Source: Anaerolineae bacterium
GTDB taxonomy: Bacteria; Chloroflexota; Anaerolineae; S140-20
Assembly (NCBI GenBank): GCA_027021705.1
Contig: JALUTT010000036.1
Coordinates: forward strand, 1-59,911
Reading direction: 5' to 3'
DNA: 59,911 nucleotides
Below, in pieces: positions 56,201 through 59,911 of the stretch (its first letter is position 1; each line of letters begins with the position of its first letter). A program made the translations under genes and the position numbers. The notes below the pieces were generated by a model. The model had not been told where the DNA came from. It searched no databases and saw nothing but the letters and a program-made list of their open reading frames with translations.

Positions 56201-57818
56201 GGCTCCGGGGCAGGTCGCCGTCGGTGGGGCGCCGGTGACGACTACCGTGGGGGTTCTCCGGGTAGCCATAGAGAAGAGGGCCTGGCCTGACCCGGTTCAC
56301 CCGGGGGAGTGGTTGACCTACACCCTGATGATCACCAACGAGGGTGCTCCTCTGGCGGGGCTGGTGGTGAGCGATGAGGTGCCGGTGGGAACTACCTTCC
56401 TGTCTTGTGCCGGAGCACCCTGCCGTGAGGTGGACGGCACGGTCACTTGGGGGCCTGACTCGCTGGCGGTCTCGTCCACGGCCATCTACACGCTGGTGGT
56501 GACGGTCAGCCCGGACCTGGCGCACGGCGATGCTGTCGTGAACGCGCGGTACGGGGTCCAGGTGGAGGGGTTGCCCTTCCAGGCCGGCCCCCCGGTGACC
56601 ACGTCGGTTGTCGCGCCTCTCCTCACCCTTGCCAAGGAGGCTCTGTCCGGTTCCGTTTCCCTGGGATCGCTGCTGACCTACACGTTGGTGGTCAGCAATG
56701 CCGGTGAGGCCACCGCTGGCCTGGTGGTGACCGATCGGGTGCCGGTGGGGGCGCTCTTCGCGGGCTGCGCTGGCGCTCCCTGCGCCCTGCAGGGTGACGA
56801 GGTGGCCTGGGGACCGATGGCCCTGGGGCCGGGGGAGCGACGGGTGCTCACGCTGGTGGTCACGGTGGCGACCGACTACGCAGGGGAGACGATGGTGAAC
56901 GCCGACTACGGAGCCCGCGCACCCTGGGCCCGCTGGACGGCAGGCGCTCCTGTCGTTGTCACGGTCACCCGTCCGGTGTTGCTGCTCTCCAAGAGCGTCT
57001 TGCCCCAGAGAGTGTATCCCGGAGAACAGCTTTACTACACCATCCGGGTCACCAACACGGGGGAGCCCGCCCAGAGCGTGCGGGTGACCGATCGGTTGCC
57101 GGCCAACACCTCTTTTCTGGACTGTGGCTGTGCACTGCATCCCGCGGCCAGCGGGGCGCTCTCACCTTTGGATGGCGGCTCCTGCCCTGGGGCCATTTGC
57201 ACACTGGATGGAGATCAGGTCGTCTGGCAGGTCCCTACGATGCCGGGTGGGGGGAGTTACCTCTGGTTGACCCTCGTCGTCAGCGTCGTCACGGAGCTGG
57301 CCAGCGGGACGGTGATCACCAATGCCCAGTACGGCGTCTCGGCTGCCGGGGTTCCCGAACTGTGGGGCAGCCGTCCGGTGACGGCCCAGATCAGCCGTCC
57401 GGAGCTCCACCTCTCTAAGACGGCCTGGCCCAGCCCGGCCATCGCCGGTGGCCTGCTGACCTACACGCTTCGGGTACGTAACGATGGGGACCCGGCGAAC
57501 TCTACTTTTGTAGAGGATCAACTGCCACCGGGAACACGCTACCGCACCTGTGGTGGTGCCCCCTGTGGGCTTTCGGGCACGGACGAGGTGGTGTGGGGGC
57601 CTTTTGATATGGCGGGGTATGGAGCCGTCCGCTCGCTGACCCTTGTGGTGGAGGTCAGTGCCCCGTTGGGAACCCTCCTGCGCAACGAGGTCTATCAGGC
57701 TTGGGCAGAGGGGGTGGAGCCGGTCAGCGGGTCTCCCATCAGCACGTTGGTCGCTGCCGGTGGTGCTGGTGCTCGCCTGATCTACATGCCCATCGTCGTG
57801 CGCAACTACTCCCCATAA
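53292..57818 (+). CDS. Giant secreted protein: Gly-rich beta-helix, choice-of-anchor Q-like region, six DUF11 repeats, C-terminal YMPIV motif
   Basis: Signal peptide; GGxGGxGG loops; DYHLR.DSP.VDAG...DIGYDE; six L..SK....(P)..G..LTYT repeats. Confidence 0.9.
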   Translation: MRIYRRYHPVHWLIILGLVALTINASPTRVGAGTRAVPFPPSSWVASPLPAWFSSPVPSPALPAQVSGGSRAGGTLEANEVWSGVITVTGDLTVAAGVTLRLLPGTEVRFTPTDGQASGLDPQRVELIVAGSLVAEATAAPITFTSAASSPAPSDWYGLRFLPGSNGTLSGTLIQYGVGGVAAERAAVSLLGNTIRRMRGADGPRGLGSPGGAGGPAYGISYTLEGGAVSLQNNQVLDIRGGDGGDGDDDGFEGGPGGGAYGLYLAGSGSVTLRDNQVLTVTGGNGGRGGNGASGGDGLSGGGGGAGGAAYGVYARGIALTGGGNRVRGIVGGDGGTGGDGGVGTDISGSGGYGGMGGAGGEAHGVYGSDVTFSLVGDRVEDVRGGAGGTGGIGGNSPGSGGRGGHGGPGGRATAFAFSTASGGLISSEAQRVQGGAGGQGRSGGDALVGGLGGNGGAGGPTWGLYLEAASVSIEEGLVQDLVGGSGGDGGDTGSGAVPTFGGWGGSGGDAVGLGCITRPITVERTQVFNLVGGVGGDGGDGVLRAGGGGDGGIASGLSCRAADPFVANNLVRLTYGGQGGDAGLGGDPQAGDGGDAHGLLLEGDGGQVLHNTILASAGGLPGNGGGTAGTGFGLRVRAGATPTIWANIFVSHQVGLEAPATVVPVYNDFFDNGTDARGLALNATNLFTDPRFVDPAAGDYHLRLDSPLVDAGGGTALSEDFEGDVRPQDGDHDGVPVADIGYDEVTPPILLKMVSDGEAEAGDELTYFLVMASSSFTLPGAIITDRLPPLTGYQGGPVCSYGGCAYAGGVVTWTGTLLPGVPLVLSYTVRVTQVLAEDGQIVNRAEAYDGLRYTFESNPVTTTVRAPRLTLSKVDVPDPVPAGERLTYYLTVGNEGGRAWGLVVSDRLPAEATFARCSGGGGCGYQGGVVTWTVPLLEGGDELALTLEVTVSGALRDGDQIVNDGYEVQAPGQVAVGGAPVTTTVGVLRVAIEKRAWPDPVHPGEWLTYTLMITNEGAPLAGLVVSDEVPVGTTFLSCAGAPCREVDGTVTWGPDSLAVSSTAIYTLVVTVSPDLAHGDAVVNARYGVQVEGLPFQAGPPVTTSVVAPLLTLAKEALSGSVSLGSLLTYTLVVSNAGEATAGLVVTDRVPVGALFAGCAGAPCALQGDEVAWGPMALGPGERRVLTLVVTVATDYAGETMVNADYGARAPWARWTAGAPVVVTVTRPVLLLSKSVLPQRVYPGEQLYYTIRVTNTGEPAQSVRVTDRLPANTSFLDCGCALHPAASGALSPLDGGSCPGAICTLDGDQVVWQVPTMPGGGSYLWLTLVVSVVTELASGTVITNAQYGVSAAGVPELWGSRPVTAQISRPELHLSKTAWPSPAIAGGLLTYTLRVRNDGDPANSTFVEDQLPPGTRYRTCGGAPCGLSGTDEVVWGPFDMAGYGAVRSLTLVVEVSAPLGTLLRNEVYQAWAEGVEPVSGSPISTLVAAGGAGARLIYMPIVVRNYSP

Positions 57819-57922
57819 GCCGTCCCATTTGCCTCGCCTTTCCTCGGTTGCCTCCTCCGTGGAATTGGGTTATACTTCTCCCCCGCTCGCGATTCCCAGA
57901 TTTCAGCCAAGGAGGAGCCTCT

Positions 57923-58876
57923 ATGCGTCGTCACACGTTTGTGCTCTCTCTTCTCTTGGTCCTCGCCGTCGTCCTGACCGCCTGCGGTGGACGGCCCCAG
58001 GAGACCCGCCTCAGGATGGGATTGTTGCCCATCCTGGACATCCTGCCCTTCCACATCGCCGATCAGAAGGGCTACTTTGAAGAGCAGGGGATCCAAGTCG
58101 AACTGGTGCCGGTTAAGAGCGCCCAGGAACGGGATGCCCTGATGCAGGCGGGCGAGATTGATGGGATGCTCACCGATCTGATCTCCATCGGCCTCTTCAA
58201 CCGGGAGCAGGTCCAGATCCAGGTGGTGGCTATCGCTCGGCGCGCCTATCCCGATGCCCCTCAGTTCCGCATTCTGGCCGCGCCCGGAAGCGGGATCCAG
58301 ACGGTTCAGGACCTGGCCGGTGTGCCCATCGGTATCAGTCAGAACACCATCATCGAGTACCTCACCGACCGGCTGCTGACGGCCAGTGGGCTGAGCCCCG
58401 ACCAGATCGCCATCCAGGAGGTCAGCGCGATCCCCGTCCGTTTCGAGCAGTTGATGAATGGGCAGATTCAGGCGGCCACCCTGCCCGATCCGCTGGCCCA
58501 GGGGGCCATTGCGGGAGGGGCCTCTCTCATCGTGGACGACAGCCAGTACACCCAGTACTCCCAGAGCGTGCTCGCTTTTCACGTGAAGGCGCTCAAGGAG
58601 AAGCCTGACACGGTGCGCAAGTTCATGGTGGCCTGGAACAAGGCGGTGGCGGAGTTGAATGCCAACCCAGAGGCCTACGAGGACCTGTTGATCGAGGTGG
58701 GACGGGTGCCGCCTTCCATCCAAGGCACCTACAAGATGCCGCCTTTCCCCCAGGGGGAGATCACCAGCGAGGGGGAGTGGGAGGATGTGGTCAACTGGCT
58801 GTTGGGGAAAGGGCTGATCGAAAAGCCAATCCCCTACAGCGATGCTGTGAACCCTGACTTCGTGGCGACGAAGTAG
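57923..58876 (+). CDS. ABC transporter substrate-binding lipoprotein (SsuA/NMT1-like)
   Basis: Lipobox LTA-C; IA.QKGYFEEQGI.VELV; G.IQAATLPDP. Confidence 0.88.
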   Translation: MRRHTFVLSLLLVLAVVLTACGGRPQETRLRMGLLPILDILPFHIADQKGYFEEQGIQVELVPVKSAQERDALMQAGEIDGMLTDLISIGLFNREQVQIQVVAIARRAYPDAPQFRILAAPGSGIQTVQDLAGVPIGISQNTIIEYLTDRLLTASGLSPDQIAIQEVSAIPVRFEQLMNGQIQAATLPDPLAQGAIAGGASLIVDDSQYTQYSQSVLAFHVKALKEKPDTVRKFMVAWNKAVAELNANPEAYEDLLIEVGRVPPSIQGTYKMPPFPQGEITSEGEWEDVVNWLLGKGLIEKPIPYSDAVNPDFVATK

Positions 58877-58879
58877 CCA

Positions 58880-58918
58880 AGAGGCCCGGCACCCTCTCGG
58901 TGCCGGGCCTCTCTCTTG
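58880..58918. terminator. Hairpin terminator between convergent genes
   Basis: AGAGGCCCGGCACC-ctctc-GGTGCCGGGCCTCT. Confidence 0.8.
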
Positions 58919-58926
58919 GTCTACCC

Positions 58927-59574
58927 TCACCGGGCCACCCGCAGCACCAGGGCTTCCTCCCAGACGGTCAGGCCTAGCCAGGTGTCGCGGGGGATGACGA
59001 TCAGCTCTCCGGTCCCCAACTCCAGCCATTCTCGGTCCACCTGCAGGCCGGCCCGTCCCCGCAGGGCGATGAGGAGTGTCTGGCTGCTCGTGGGCTGAGG
59101 CGCGAGCCTGCCCTGACCGGCGGCCACGGCCACGGTGAAGTCCTCGATGGTCCCCACGTCCGTCCAGCCCAGGGGATCTCGCTGTGAGCGCACCCGAGGC
59201 AAGCTCACCTTGTGCAACTCCCCGTCCAGCGCCACCAGCCGGCGCTGCCCGTTCTTGCGGTCCACGGCGAAGCGGGGGCTGATCAGCAGGACCAAGGAGG
59301 GCAGGGCGGAGCTCGATCGGTGCACCACACCTTTGGGAACCACGGCCATCTCGTCGGGACGGAGCGTCACCGAGCCCCACTCGCTCTCCAGTCGGATGAT
59401 CCCCTCGTGGACCAGGAAGAGTTCATCGTGGTCTATATGCTTGTGCCAGGCCAGGACGCCGTGACACAGGTAGATGCTGACCGCCATATCTCCTACGTAG
59501 GCCAGGTCCATCATCGTGAAGGGGCGGGTCAGGCGGGCCCTTGCTGCGTGGATTTCCACCTTTCGCAGACGCAA
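58927..59574 (-). CDS. Cupin domain protein (probably a bicupin)
   Basis: WHKHIDHDELFLVHEG...VVPKGVVHRS; TTG start after GGAGGAG. Confidence 0.85.
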   Translation of the reverse strand: MRLRKVEIHAARARLTRPFTMMDLAYVGDMAVSIYLCHGVLAWHKHIDHDELFLVHEGIIRLESEWGSVTLRPDEMAVVPKGVVHRSSSALPSLVLLISPRFAVDRKNGQRRLVALDGELHKVSLPRVRSQRDPLGWTDVGTIEDFTVAVAAGQGRLAPQPTSSQTLLIALRGRAGLQVDREWLELGTGELIVIPRDTWLGLTVWEEALVLRVAR

Positions 59575-59911
59575 TCCTCTCTCCTCCCCATTCCTGCGCT
59601 GGCCGCACCCCGAAGCCGGTCCTTCACCGGTCTTCCGAGAGCATCCAACCTCCCACTGGTCTGTTCCCTGGAGGCGATTATACCATCCCTTTGGCTCTCC
59701 CACAAATCGTGGGGCGGCGAGCTGTTTTCTAGACTTGGGAGATCTTCAGGGGCAAAATGCCGATAGGCCCTAAGACGAGGGGGCTGCGAGCGTATCGAGT
59801 TGGGGACCTACAGGTAGCCGAAATGGGCTCTGGGCTTCGTAAAATGGTCGAAAAAGGGGGGGGAGCTTGCCCATAATGAATTTGAGCCAACCCGCGAAAT
59901 AGGGTACAATG

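Overview
GC-rich bacterial chromosome segment, most likely Chloroflexota/Anaerolineae (inferred from C-terminal (Y/F)LPLV-type secreted proteins, an archaeal-type upper mevalonate operon and NACHT-FGE proteins). In order: a NACHT + FGE-sulfatase NLR-like gene that runs off the left edge; a secreted beta-helix protein; pyrB-pyrF-pyrE with an unannotated leader-peptide attenuator; a repeat-rich island holding a tandem GxxExxY nuclease next to a ~32-unit 15-17 bp array; transketolase; an HMG-CoA reductase/HMG-CoA synthase/thiolase/DUF35 operon; a broken DUF433-DUF5615 TA pair; two OmpR-type regulators flanking a His-less hybrid sensor; a ~16 kb polysaccharide locus (Wzc-HTH fusion, Wzm/Wzt, GTs, GNATs, AsnB-like, AlgD-like) interrupted by a solitary integron cassette with a canonical attC; then MFS, GNAT, ssb, carboxypeptidase M32, a SEDS-PBP fusion with a dead transpeptidase, mtnP, PNP, a XerD-like recombinase, a giant Gly-rich/DUF11 surface protein, an ABC solute-binding protein and a cupin. 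Intergenic DNA is full of 7/8-mer tandem tracts, REP-like palindromes and two MITEs. No rRNA, tRNA or CRISPR array was seen. All calls come from reading the sequence by eye; no database searches were run.
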